Positions 39,621-56,574 are shown, counted from the first letter of the stretch. The stretch is 64,000 bases of DNA from the human T2T-CHM13v2.0 reference genome, Homo sapiens (GCF_009914755.1 NC_060942.1); one strand, 5' to 3'. Numbers and translations are program-made. The notes: generated by a model not told the origin, from the letters alone.

Positions 39621-40489
39621 AGGCCCCACTCGCCCTATCACCCCTACCCTGGCCCCCGTGGCTGGTGTTTACACAGATTCAGACCCAGTGTGGCCCAGCC
39701 TGGCTTCCTCAACCCTCCGGGCCAGTGCTGGGCCTTCCCACCCACTTCTTGCCCTCCTCAGGGGTTAGCATGGGTCTCATGCACCTCAGGACCTAGTAAG
39801 TATGTTGAGTTTGAAGCACTTGGCAAGGCAGAGACAGAAATGGTGGCTGCTTGTATGGGGTATGGTATCTGGGAGCCAGAGAGGGACTCTGTCACCCGAA
39901 CCCCTTTGTCTGAACCTCTGTTCAGTGAACCTCTGTCACTCCTACTGACCCCTGAAGCTTCCCCGCTGACTGATGCCCATCATTCCACAATCAAACCTTC
40001 ATTCCTTTGGGGCAAGCCAAACCTGTACTTTAGCCCACATTAAAATGCCCAGCCCCCGGGAATGGTGTCATTAACATCTTATCAGTCAATTACATCTCAG
40101 TATGGATGAGTTCATCCAGATCAACTCAGCTGAACTCAAGGGCCTACCTTGAGCCTGGTCCTCTGCTGGGCTTTACGGCAGGGCGGGTGGGGGTAGGTAA
40201 AAAGGCGAAGAAGACACAGACCTTGCTTTCAAGGGGCCTTAGGCTCTGTCCTGAGAGCAGGCTTTGGAGGTAGAGCTGGGAGTATGCTGGGGAGAGGAGG
40301 GTGAGCAAGAGGGAGGGAAAGGCCCCATTTCGTCACCCAAGCATGTTTACCTTGTGGTGCCTACCCAAAGGGGCCCATTACCTCTCCCCCAGGAGAAGTC
40401 TCCTCACTAGAGACGTTTGTCACAGGCTCAAATAAGACATGATTTTTTTCTGCCTGACAAACATGAACTGACAAGGAGTAGAAGATGTG

Positions 40490-40715
40490 AAAAGGCAGCC
40501 CTAGACCAGGGTTTGGATCCCTGCTCTGCTATTCATTAGCTGTGTGACTCTGAGCAAGTGACTGAACGTCTGTGTGCCTCAGTTTCCTCCTCTGTCAAGT
40601 GGGGAGTATGAGTCAATTCTACATCCTAGGGTTGTGAGGATTAAAAGAGTTAATACTATGAGTACTTAGAACAATTCCTGGCTGGCAGGAAGTACTCAAT
40701 AAACATTAGCTATCA
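40490..40715 (+). mobile_element. MIR SINE (well preserved)
   Basis: 'tagctgtgtgactctgagcaagtgactgaacgtctgtgtgcctcagtttcctcctctg...ctcaataaacattagctat'. Confidence 0.92.
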
Positions 40716-41029
40716 ATATTATCTAATAGTAAATATCTTCAGGGGAAAACTGAGTGTTGGTCATGAAGAACTGGGCTTTGGGCTCACTGTAAGGAATGGT
40801 GACCACACAGACTCTGGGACGAATAAATGTCTGGAATCTTCAGAGACCCCTCCCTGCCTGGCCAGGGGCCCTGCCTGGCTCCAGCAGCAGATTCAGTGAC
40901 TGTGGCTCTGGTGGGAGGCCTCTGAGGGGCTCTGGTTCCTTCTCCAGGATCCCTGCCTGACCATGCCTAGGCCATCTCAGCCACAGGCTGGGCAGCGGAG
41001 CCACCTCTCCTCTCTCCCTGAGCTGGCTT

Positions 41030-41800
41030 ACTCTGAACATTGCTGGCTGACTCATCTTCTTACAAGCAACTTGGATCATGTCATTCTCTTGTTCAATCAC
41101 CTTTGACAGGTCCCCACCTTCGTCATGAAGGACAGTTCCTGAACCTGGCATTCATTCTGCCCCTGCCTGCTTCCTGGGCTTTTCTTTTTCTCTCTGCTGT
41201 TCCCCACTAACCACAGGAAGAAATCACCAAGTTCTTAGACTGTGCCCCACTGTACAGATCCAAGAGTATGTATTATCTCATTTAATCCTCACAACAACCT
41301 CATAAGGTAGATACTATTATTATCATCCCCATTTTATAGGTGAGGACATTGAGGCACAGAGAGGTTAAGAAATATACTCAAGGTCACACAGCTAGGAGAT
41401 GGTAGAGTTGAAACTGAATTTCAGAAGGCAGGCTCCAGAGCCTGCATTTCTACCTACTGCCCTGTAAAGCGGCACCCCATGTTCCATAATCTAGATCATT
41501 TTCTGTTTCCCTAACACCCCGTGTATGGTCCCATTGCTCACACAAGCCTCTCTGTTGCCTGGAATGCCTTCCTACTCTCATCCCCTCCAGAGTCCTGTCT
41601 CATCCACCACAATGGAACCCACACTTCAGGGTTCTCAGTAAAGAGTACCGCCTGTTCAGGGAGAAATCATCTTTCCTTCTCTGCAGCCTTGCAGATGCAT
41701 GTGAACTTTATCTCCCTTCCTGGATTCTGAGGGCTCTGCCTTGTGTGTCCTTGATCTTCTTGCAGCAGGCTGAGCAGGCTTAGTACTTATTGTTAAGTGA
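41030..41800 (+). mobile_element. L2 fragment interrupted by a MIR
   Basis: 'ggatcatgtcattctcttgttcaatcacctt' and 'ctctgttgcctggaatgccttcc...ctgagggc'. Confidence 0.7.
41265..41460 (-). mobile_element. MIR SINE
   Basis: 'tatctcatttaatcctcacaacaacctcataaggtagatactattattatcatccccattttatagg'. Confidence 0.93.
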
Positions 41801-41934
41801 ACGAATGTGTGATGTGCAACAGGCTTTAAACTTTGCAAACGCTTGTATGTTTACCATCTTATTTAAATTTAATACAATTTATTTAATCGAACTCTGTGCT
41901 GGAGTGGGCCTTGTTATTCCCATTTTGCAAATAT

Positions 41935-42175
41935 TAATAATAATAGCTACCGTTTGTTGAGTGCTTACTTCCTACAAGGCGCTGTGCTAAAGGGTTAACA
42001 TATATTGTTTTTCAGTAACTCCTCCCAGCGATTCTGAGAAGTAACTATAATGATCCTCATTTTCCAGATGAGAACACTGAAAGTCAGAAATGTGAGGTGA
42101 TCTGCCCAGGATTGTGCACATAGTTAGTAGGAGAGGTTGAAACTGACTTCAAGTCTTCCAGCACTGGATCCTCAG
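41935..42175 (-). mobile_element. MIR SINE
   Basis: 'aataatagctaccgtttgttgagtgcttact...cattttccagatgagaacactga'. Confidence 0.88.
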
Positions 42176-42529
42176 CCTTGGTTGCCTGCTATTGAGTGCT
42201 CACTGTGCTCCTGGGCCTGGAGAAGGCAATGAGAGCATCCAAAAGCAAGGAGGGCATCTGAATTCTATGAACAAAGGCAAGAGGCAGGAAAGCTCCAGTG
42301 TTGTCTCATGACAAGTAAGACACTGGAGTTTCTATGAGAATGTGAAAATGTTGAACACAGTGTTCCCTTAAAACACAATTCCTGCTGGCTAGGGCCAGGG
42401 AGACTTACAGACCTTTTGCATTCCCAATAAGCTATGTTCTTATGCTCATTACTCTCCCACTTCTCAGATTTGATTCCAAGTGATCAGAGCTGTGACCCTG
42501 GTCTGGCAGAGGCCAAAGGAGGCATTTAT

Positions 42530-42859
<330 letters not shown>

Positions 42860-43084
42860 TTACTTTTAAAAGTGGGTGGGGGGGGGGGGGCATTTTTCCA
42901 TATTTTTCTTATTTCTTCCTGAATTGCTTTAGCCTTTTCCTCCATTTAACCTCATTCTTTCCTTTCATTCTTTAAAGCTAGTGCTTACTTTTGAAAAGAC
43001 TAAAACAGTAGCTTTATATGAATACATAAGTACACAAGTGTATGAGATCAGCATCACACTAACACCCCTGTAACCCAAATTTTA

Positions 43085-44040
<956 letters not shown>

Positions 44041-44216
44041 CTGGTGGCAGTGTGCATGCACCCTCCCTGAGCCCGGTTTACTGATCACACAGGAGAGAAA
44101 ATTATTTTGAAAAGACAAAGCCCTAAACTAATTATTCCAATTAATTAGAATAATCTGAATTGCTGATTGAGTGAGGCTTCCTGCTCCCAACCATGGACTT
44201 CTAAGAGTCAAGTTTA

Positions 44217-44531
<315 letters not shown>

Positions 44532-44539
44532 TCAGGTTC

Positions 44540-44950
44540 AGAAAGTGGGGCCCTAGATTTCCAGTTGCCCCAACTCCCCGGGCGATTCTGATGTCCACTC
44601 CAGTGGAGTTTCTCACATGGTACTACGCACACCGCTCACATGGGGCTCTCACTAAAATGTGTATTCTGACTCAAGAGGAATGGGGTAGGGCCTAAAAGTC
44701 TGCATTTCTGATTAGCTTCCAGGTGACACCAGATGCTTCTGGTTCAAGGGCCACACTTTGAGGTGCAAGATGATAAAGTTTTGTCTTGAATCTAAACAGT
44801 TATTCTCCATGATAGAAAGCCTAAACAAACAAACAAACAAACAAACTGGCTGCTGTGGCTTAATTAATCAGACTCTGGAGATGGGGTCAGGCCTGGCTAT
44901 GGTTTAAAAGCCCGCTGGGTGAGGCTGCCGATCACGCAGGGTTGACACTG
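44540..44950. mobile_element. Cluster of MER5-family elements
   Basis: 'tgggtagggcctaaaagtctgcatttctgattagcttccaggtga...gccacactttgag' and 'aatcagactctggagatgggg'. Confidence 0.7.
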
Positions 44951-45959
44951 GCCCTTCATAGCGTTCCTCTCTTCCCAAGACCAGCAAGGATAGTTCTGGG
45001 ATTCAGAACTGGGTGAAGGAGGTGGGAGTGTGGTCCGTGGCAGGGCAGTGAGGTGGGTAGTTCCATGCCCTTCCCACCCTTGGCCAGAGGCCAGTGCTCA
45101 GGAAGGTTCCCATAAGGTGGGACCCATCGCGGGAAGTGCCAGGAAAACACCCACAGCCAGAGACAGCATGTGGTTTTTCCTGTGAGTCCCCGGATTTTCT
45201 CAGATCATAAAAGGGAAAGGTGAGAGCGTAGCAGGTGCTGGGCCAGTCACAGGGACTGTTGCTGTGTACCAAGGACAAATGAGGTGTGAGTGCCAGGGAC
45301 ACGGGTGGCGTGTGTGTGGCAGAGCTCTACCAGGGGGCTTCGGTGCTTGGCTCTCCTGCCTAATCCTGGGGTTCCAATCGCTATCAAAGGGAATTCTTGC
45401 CCAGGGAGTTAAAAGTCCTTTGCAAGGACACCTACAGACTTCCAGATGCGATCCTGCACTTTCCTGAACAATTGCTGTCTGCAGGCCTTATAGACAAGCA
45501 AGGCAGGAAGAACAAACCAAGTCCTCCGTCAGCTACTTCTCCCTGCTGTGGGCCTCTAGCTGGGCTGAGCATCAGCACCAACAAAGAGAGAAGCAGAGGA
45601 CTGGGGATGAGTCCTGGGGAAGTGGACAGAGGCTGAGACCTTGAATGCTCAGCATGACCCAGGCCTATCTGTCCAGCCTTAACTTCCCATGGTCCCTACC
45701 AAAGCCTTCACTTCCAGAAAAGTTGTCCGGCCAGGCACTTGGCTGCAGGATGGGATCCTGCTCCCCACTGTGCTGGACCCAGGCCAGACAGACCCACCCC
45801 TTGCCTGTCTTACCAGAATCAGACCCATCTACCTTCCAGTTCCACTGCCTCCAACCCCTTGTCAGATGACTCCAGCCCACAGTGCTCTTTCCTCTCTTAA
45901 CTCCTGAAGCAGAGGTGGCCTGAGTGCTGGTTATCTCTTTGTGCAGCTTCTCTCTCGAA

Positions 45960-46586
<627 letters not shown>

Positions 46587-47204
46587 GACTGTAAGCATTT
46601 CCAGGGTGGGTCTCATTTATTAGAGCTTTTAGACACATTGGCTGTAACAGCTGAGGGAACTCTTAGGACTGCTTGGCCCAGCTCCTTCACTGTGCAGGTG
46701 AGGAGACAGCTTCGGACAGCGAGGCAGAGTCTAGCAGGCCAGAGCTCTAATCTTCCTGACAGGACCCTACTGATGTTTTCTGAGTTCTGGGCTGGAAGAC
46801 TCTGCCCATCTCACCCACTGTGGGTCCTTAAGAAAGGTGCCACTTCATCATTGTCCAATGATACCTTCAGAGGCCACTCGGTGGCCTCCGTTTATCCCAT
46901 TTGGCAGAGTCCAGTGCTCTGTGTATTCACACTTAGGCCAGTGCTTCTCTTCACACCCAACTCCTCCAGTCCTGGGTCAAGTGGTGGAGAGATGAGGACA
47001 CAGGAAGAAGAACCTTGGCAAAGATGCAGGGTGTGGATGTCAATCATAGAATCTGTGGCAGCATAGATTCTATGTCAATCATAGAATCATTAACATGCTG
47101 ATATTGCAATAATAAGGGCACCATCCACCCAATCAGCCCAAGTGCTTGTTTCTCCATAGTGGGTCGACACTTCCAGACACAGAGCCCTGGCGGAAATTAC
47201 AGGA

Positions 47205-47915
47205 GGAGTGCCATCTCCACTTACTAGGCTCACAGCATTAGTCAACACTTCCCATCCCCTTGGCAAATGTAATGAACTTAACACGTTGTGAACCCTGGAG
47301 GCTACCAGCCTTGCCCTGGTATGCCCCAACGCCCCTGTACCCATTAGCTGAGCTGCATGCCTGGTAAGGAGCAGCTGCGCTGGGCCCAAACCTGTTTATG
47401 CCAGTTGTACTGGTTATTGTTCTTCACAATTTAAATATCATGTAAACTGATGAAATCGAAGTACAAAAAGAAAGCAAGTTGAAGTTTTCATGCAGACTAA
47501 ATTGATATACTCAAAGGTGAATCACTTAAAAAATGCTGTTGAATTGGGTGTGGAGGAGATAATACAATATTGGAAAGCAAACTGGAAACCTAGAAGGATT
47601 TTGCACTCAAATACGCTTTGCATCTGTCTTTAAGTTCTCATACCACTTTAATAAATCCATTCTAGAAACCACAGAAGAGTCCTTATGGGGATGGTTTACG
47701 CCAGAAGAATAGAGGGGGAACCCTAACCACTAGACTCATATGCAGATGAAAGGCCTTGACCCACCTCGAAAGACTGGTGGAGAAGTGTACATTTCTAAGT
47801 GCGAAGTTAAAATAAGATTTGTAAGTTATTCATGCAGCTTTGGTTTCTGATCTCTGCTTTAACTGGCTTTTTGGTTGACTGATTAACTCTAGGTTTTTAT
47901 CGGTAGATAAAGGCT
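47205..47915 (+). mobile_element. Tigger15a-like TcMar-Tigger element (decayed transposase N-terminus)
   Basis: 'aaaaagaaag...gctgttgaattgggtgtgg...ctagaaggattttgcactca...gaaaggccttgacc...gctttaactggctttttggttgactga' matches the recalled Tigger15a consensus. Confidence 0.75.
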
Positions 47916-48803
47916 GATAGATCAAACTTTTGCTGAGCCTTGCTTGCCGAAGGAAAGCCATGAAATACCCTGGTATACTTCCACTAAACACTGAGGATGG
48001 AGGCATACAGGGGTTTTGCATTTCTACAGGGATCCTGCAAGTGCCCGGGGGCCAGTCAGGACCAGGTAATTCAACAGAGAGAATGTAATGTGGGGACTCA
48101 TGTGAGGGAACTCACGATTAACAACAGAAAGCTGTGAGAGTAGAAGAGGGGAGACTGTATTAACAGAGCACTGACTGGGCTTTCCTGCCAGTGCCCGAAC
48201 TAGGGTAAGGGAGCTGGGCCCACAGAGTAGACTCAGCCGTGGTGGAGATGCCACCTGATGTGGTGGTAGGGGGAAGATACCCGGTTTCTCCCTTCTTCCT
48301 GACCTCCTGCCTCAAGCTCGCTCTAGCCCTCCCCCTGGCCAAGCCTAGCCAGAAGCCTACTGGCAATGCCACTGGCAGGGCAGCCCCCAACATGCAGAGC
48401 AGGGAAGATATCTGAGGGCATCTGAGGGTAAGCAGGCTCAGGACTGGCCCAGATCTGCTGAAATCCAAAAAGTTTATATGAATGACTCGGAGTGGAATTT
48501 AAGACACCTCTAAGGCTGAGCAAGAAAAAGTGAATATTTGAGGCCAGAGCAGAGACAGGGCTGTCCTCCTGATGGCCCACAATCCAGCTATGTAAGTGAC
48601 TGCCTATTCTAAGCCTGGCCTTAAGGGCAGCAGTGATTAAAAAAAAACAAAAAAAACACACACACAGAGATTCATCTTGATGTAACCACAGGAGTTCATA
48701 GAAGAGGCAACAAACTGCCCAGGTAAGTCAGAAAAGTCTTCACTAGGAGGCCATGCCAGGCAGCATCTTGGTTTTTAAAATTTTTAAAAGATTAATAGGC
48801 TTC

Positions 48804-49234
<431 letters not shown>

Positions 49235-50347
49235 TCACAGCTGCCTGGATAATGATATCATCTGGCTGAGTCCCTCTCATTATTTCTTCTCCGGGTTTTA
49301 GCTCATGTGCAACTATTTCAGTGACTACCCAAGATTGGGCAGCTAATGTTGGGGGTGGTGGCATGCCACAGTTGTAGCATTTGACGAGCACCTAAGGGAC
49401 TTTGCTTCTGGTTACCCCCAGCTATGTGTCTTAGGGAAAGTAACTGCACCTCTTGATCTCAGGCCCTCTTCTGTAAAACGAGAGAGTCAAACAGACATTA
49501 TACATTTTAGGATGATCACTCTGGACATCAGCTTTCATCCTGTAGGTTTTCAGGTGGATGTGAAGAAGGAAAGGGAGATTAGGTAGAAGGTAGATTGAGT
49601 TCAGGCAGACCTTGGAAGTAGTTTAAAAAAAATTCTGAGAGGACATTTTTTTTTCTCCCTTTTCTCATACACTTTTTCCCTAAAAGCAGAATTCTAAGAA
49701 ATAAATCCTAGTTAATTGAGAGTTCTGGTTACTTGGGGTACACTTAATCAAGGTTTTACTGCATTTTCAATTGCAGTGAGTTACACAGTGGTTTGCATAT
49801 GCATTTACTTCTTAAGTGACTTCTGTTCCCTGACCTCATATCTGTTTCATTAAAATGGAACACTTTGAAACGAAAAAGGGAGCATGGAGCTGAATGGTTC
49901 TACCTGGATGCAGCTCTGGGGAAACAGCAGTCAAGGTGATAAAAGGCAGTGTCCAACCATGCTCATATATTAGCTGCCCTGCCTGAGAGACAGTAATTGT
50001 GTTTTCAACCACATTTCACAGCACTTTTCAACCTGGCAAGGCATTTCTGGGTTATTCTTCTCACTCTGGGGCAGCTGAATTTGCTGCAAAAATCTCCCCC
50101 AATTCCCTCCTGGTAGTAACCAGGTGGGAATTTGAACTTTGGCAATATAACAGGTGATCTTAATACTCCCCAAATGACATGCATCAGAACTTAGACACAT
50201 TCCTAGGTCTGGAGAAAAATAAGGAGTCCTTGGATTCTCATGGCCACTTTGAGGCAGTTCCATGGCAAGCACGATGGCCATTTTACATAGAGGTGAGAAC
50301 AGAGGTCTGCAAGGTCAAGGCCATTTATAGACCTAAACTATCCTTCA

Positions 50348-50863
<516 letters not shown>

Positions 50864-52139
50864 CTACCCTTGATTCCCCTGAGTAGCCAGATGGGCAAAA
50901 TCCCCTGGCTTGTGAACTGATAAACAGCTGGTAACCTCTTATGTGGAACCCAGTAACGTATGGGAAGCCATATTTCAATCAGGCAAGGAGGCTGCAAGCA
51001 GGCAGTGACGGCTGTCACCAACCTCTCCTCAAAGCTGCCCTTTCTCCTGGAAATTTCTGTCACTGAGCTATTGCACCTGCAGCTCTGCCGTTATCGGGGG
51101 CTCAGGTTCTTGGTCCTCTGAATACCCGCCCAGCTCTTTTATAGAAGTTTCCTTTAGTTCAGGCAAGTAAACACAGTTATGTTATTTTAGCAGGAAAAGG
51201 AAAAAGGGAAAAGTGCCAATTGCAAGCATCTGATTAGAAAACCAAAAAATAGGCATTGGGGCTTTTTAAGAGAGTGTGAATGCAAGCAAGAGAGGAAGAA
51301 AACGGAATCACAGGCCTGATCCCTTCAAGACGGTCACAAGCTGAGCTGTGACTTTTTATGAAAGCTCTGAAATGCTCAGGGCACCATTCTATGATTCTTA
51401 ATGCGCTTTCTGGGCAGGGCACTTAGCGGGAAAGGAAATGGGCATCCTGATGACATCAGGGTGGCCACTGATTGCTTCCTGTGCTCCAGTATGACTTTAT
51501 CCTTATAGTTTTTCTTTTCTTTTAAAATAATTACCAGGATGTGACAACGTTTGACAGGGAGATGGCAAAGAGAGAGGGCAGAGGGCCGGCTGGATATCGA
51601 ACTAATGTGCTCTGCTCCAAGCTGTTGCTGGGGCAACTACTCCACTGCTGTGGAGGGGTGGGAGTCACAGGGGGAGGGGACAGGTGAAAAGATGCTCTCA
51701 CTTTCGGTCATAAGTCTGAATCTCCACGTGATCATGAAGCTTATGAATAAGCATTGTCCCATCTTGTGTGGAATCTGAAAGAAATGGTGAAGAGAGAGCA
51801 AAGGAGTGTGGTGGGCTGATTTGACTCAATGATCCTGTCCCTACCAGGAACTTCTTTTTCAACAGTTATCAAAGTTTGTGTTGGGTCTAAGTCATTTTCC
51901 CCTCCTAGATTGCAAGTCCCGAAAGGGAAGTCTGAGTTTTTTCAATTTATCTGTCTTTGCTCCTGGCACCATCATCACCACTATTGCTACTGCTATTATT
52001 CCTATGGCCACTGCTACTACTATCAAGGTATGGTCGCAGATACATGGAATAATTAGAAAGGAGCTTCCTTTTAGAGGGTCTGTCCAGCCCTTGATGATCT
52101 TCTTTTCCTGAAAACTGTTTCCTCTCTTCTCACATAGGG

Positions 52140-52952
<813 letters not shown>

Positions 52953-53639
52953 AATACCTGTGTTACCACCCAGCCTCTCTCAGCAGGCATCACTAATCAA
53001 TGACAGCAGTCTTTCTGCTAAGACTCAGAATCCATCACCTGGCAGTCACTACCAATTGAGCCAAGTTAGCAGACAAACTAAAAATCTATTGGCAAAAACA
53101 AAGAAACAAAACCCCCACAAACTATTGGCTAGCCTAACATTTGTGATGGGTGAGAGTTCAAAAGAGTACAATAAGGAGAACATGAGAGGGAGTGATTCAC
53201 TCTGACGGGGCCTTTTGAACATGGACTTGAACAATGAGTGGATTTCCCCAGGCAGAGATGTACAGGATGCACTCCAGGTGTGAGGGAGACGCCAGCAGCT
53301 TCTATGGACCAGGTCACTGTATGGGGATGGATCCAGCATTCTTGGTGTCTTCCTAATCACATTTTACCCGGCTGACTCTGGGTCTCAGAGGCCTTTCTCA
53401 GTGCTGTTGTTTAGGATGCTCTAGAAGGGATACTAAACAAAGCCAAAAGTTGGCCGTGGCTAGAGCTAGGATGCTTGTTCTTCCTCTGCCTCCCAGTTCC
53501 CTGTGTGGCTTGGGGAAACAGCCAAGTGACTCAGATGGTCTCGGTTTCCAGGACTGGCTTTGTCACCAGTGCACCCTCTCTACTGAATGTTATTGTGCTT
53601 TGGCTTCCTCGAATCCATTCTACCCGCCTAATTTCCTTC

Positions 53640-54137
53640 TGTGGATTCTCCGCTCCCATCCGGGTCCCTGTGGTATGGGAAGGATTTCATATCTGGTTCC
53701 TGGGATGAAGCCTGTGATCGGGCATAAACCAACCAATGAGTTCCATTCTCTGATTACAGGGATTGGCTCAGGGATGGACATGTGACATAGGACAGCCAAT
53801 CAGGCTCAAGCACAGCTAATCCTAAGGTTTGACCTTACACAACCAGCAAGAGATGTTCTCTTTTTCCTGCGGCACTGAAATTGGAGAGGCCATGAGGCTA
53901 TTCCTGTTGCTGCCATCTTGCCACTTTGTAAACAGGTAAATGAAGCCAATCAATGTGGAGAGCAAAGCCAGGAGACAAAGAAACCTGAGTCCTGAGTTTG
54001 CTGAGCGGAGGCAGTGGCACCTGAGTCTGACCCTATCCACTGATCATTGCATTAAGTAGCCAATACACATTCTATTTTGCTTGAGCCAGTTGACATGGGT
54101 TGATTCTCATTTGCATCCCCCAAATTCTAAGTATTAC
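53640..54137 (+). mobile_element. MLT1K/J-like MaLR LTR
   Basis: 'gattggctcagggatggacatgtgac...gccatcttgccac...gccaatacacattctattttgcttgagccagtt...catttgcatc'. Confidence 0.75.
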
Positions 54138-55199
54138 ACTATTACTGCCTCAGCTGCCTTATCAATAAAATAGGATTCACAATAGTTGTCCTCTGCAAAG
54201 AACTGTTGCCAGGAATAAGTGAGTGCCTATAAAGTGCTTTATTAATTGCAAGGCAGGCCCTAGTGGTAAATAACACCACTCTGATAAGTGGTTTTAGGAA
54301 GGGGCATCAGTGTTCTCCAAAGGAAAGAAAATGTGACGCATGTTGTCTCATCTTTCAGACAATTTATCCTAGCACAATGTCTGGCACAGAAAAGATGCTT
54401 AGTATATAATAGGCAAGTGCTGAAAGTTACTGAAACAGCACATTTCCAGTAGCTTACCACTGACTCTGCGGGCTTTCCCCAATATCTAGCTAGTATTTAA
54501 GTGGGCTTCCACTCTCACCTTGGCTTTAGATTAAACTCTGCAACCACCCAGCACCCCCTCCCTCATGCATACCTTTGGAACCTCCAGGCCCACCTGCTCT
54601 ACCAAAGGCGTGTGAGAGGTTGCAGGGAGAGGGACTGTGCAAGTTTGGTACTTAAGTGTGACTCCTGACAATGAACTGGCAGGGTGCAGCCCCCACCAAT
54701 CGCTCCTGCTGGCTGAGGTGGGCAATGGGGGTCAGGCGGTCCCAGCTGGTTCTCAATTGGCCCCTCAGACAAGGAGGTGGGTTATCACCCATCCATCCCC
54801 AGGCGGCTGGCAGCCTTTCCCCACCCACCAGGACAGGTACAGAGGCTCTGTTAACGGCCTCAGTTGTCCAAATACCATTTCTCACTTAAGACAAACCTAA
54901 TAAAAGGCTCAAAGTGCCTCCCCCAGACGTATTTCTGAACACAGTTCCCTTTTAAATGAGCTGTGTCTCCTTTAACCTGCTGGACTGCAGCCTTAACAGC
55001 GACCTCCTTAGCAGGCTGAGTCCAGAGCCACTCCTGGAGTGGGGCACCCACACTCCCACTTCTCTGGCAGCAGCAGATGACTGGGTTGTGCTTTCCTTCA
55101 CTCTTCTCTGTCAACGCCCCCTCTCCTGGACATTTGGTTTGGGGGAGTTGGATGCATTCTCCCAGGTTGTTCTCATCAAGTGCTCCCTTTTCTACTTTC

Positions 55200-55780
55200 C
55201 TGTATCATCAGCAGATTAGAATTGGAAATAATTTAGTGGAAGCAGATGATTCTACAGTTCAGCCCGCGTGCTTGACAATTAACTAAATAAACTGCTTGAG
55301 GTCACTTGGAGTAACGATTCACAGACTTGCCTGTGACAGGCAAAAGTTAAGCCCCTCGGTGAGCAGGACCTCCCCACGGGGTGAAGAGGAGGCTGGTTCT
55401 GCCAGAGGAAAATTCTAGGCATCTTATTATTCTCCCGCTCCCTTTCCAGTTCTGACCTTAAGAGTACTCTTAACCTTCCTCCTCCAGCTTGCTAATGGGG
55501 AAATAAATCTTGGGAGAGTATCTTAAATTCTTTTTTATCACAGACTGTATCGCCGAGATAATAAGACCAGCCTTCAGAGTAACCATTAAGCCACAAAAGG
55601 TGTGGTCATCATTTATGATTTTTTTAGCCTTAATTGCTAGACAGACACTTTAAGTGGGAAGTCTGTCTAATGAGCCCAGTCATTAAAACATCAAAAACTG
55701 TTATCCGGGGTTTCTATTTTAGTTAGACATTACATTATTTTAATAAGGGGGCCGCATTTCTTGTCACAGGGTTTGGTAAT
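55200..55780. promoter_or_regulatory. Candidate developmental enhancer
   Basis: Repeat-free AT-rich block with many TAAT cores, GATA sites, TGACAG, AGGTGTG, and inverted tandem SMAD boxes at 55638-55669. Confidence 0.4.
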
Positions 55781-56321
55781 GGAGGCTGAAGCAACCCCCT
55801 GGGGAATGGGGGAGGGGGAGGCAGGCTTGCCTTTGGAAAACAAGGTCGCAAATCAAGCCGGAGCCTGGGAAGGGGGATGCAGATGAGCCTCTCTGGGAAC
55901 CTAAGAGGGAGGAGGGCCCTGCCTGTAGGGGCGGTAGGGGACTGGTGGGGGGGCTGGAAACACTGTGCCCTAGTGGGGAACGGGGAAGGCAGGTTGTAGG
56001 CTGTTCTGGGCTCCTCGTGCATCACTACACAGCTTTCTGATCTGTCGCCACACTACTGGGCACAGTAGCCTTGTCCTCAGCCCTCTCTGACTCCTCCTTG
56101 CTCCCTGGGGAAGGAGCCAGCCCACAGGCCCAGCCCAGTCCCTGGCCTCTCCGGAACCCTCCCTTCACCAGGCACCCAACCATCTTCCTCCTTCCTCTGG
56201 CCTCCTACAAGCATTCTCAGAGCTGCCTGCCTGTGTGTCACCTGATTCTACCCTTGGCGTTCTCAGGCTGAATGCTCAAGATTTTGCCAATCATTGTATG
56301 CTCCTTTTTATTGATCCAGAC

Positions 56322-56574
56322 CAGTACCATCCAAAAGAAATAGAATGTGAGCCACACGCATAATTGTAAATGTTCCAGCAGTCACACTTAATAGTCAAAG
56401 TAAACAGGTGGATTTAAACAACCTATATGTTTAAATCAGTATTCCAAAATATTATCATCTCAATATGTAATCAACATTTTAAAAATGATTAGTGAGACAT
56501 TTGATATTGCTTTTTTCACACCACATCTTATAGCTCATCTTGACTGGGACTGACCACGTTTCCAGTGCTCAGTG
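56322..56574 (+). mobile_element. MER33 (partial)
   Basis: 'ccaaaagaaatagaatgtgagccacac...ccaaaatattatcatctcaatatgtaatcaa'. Confidence 0.82.
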
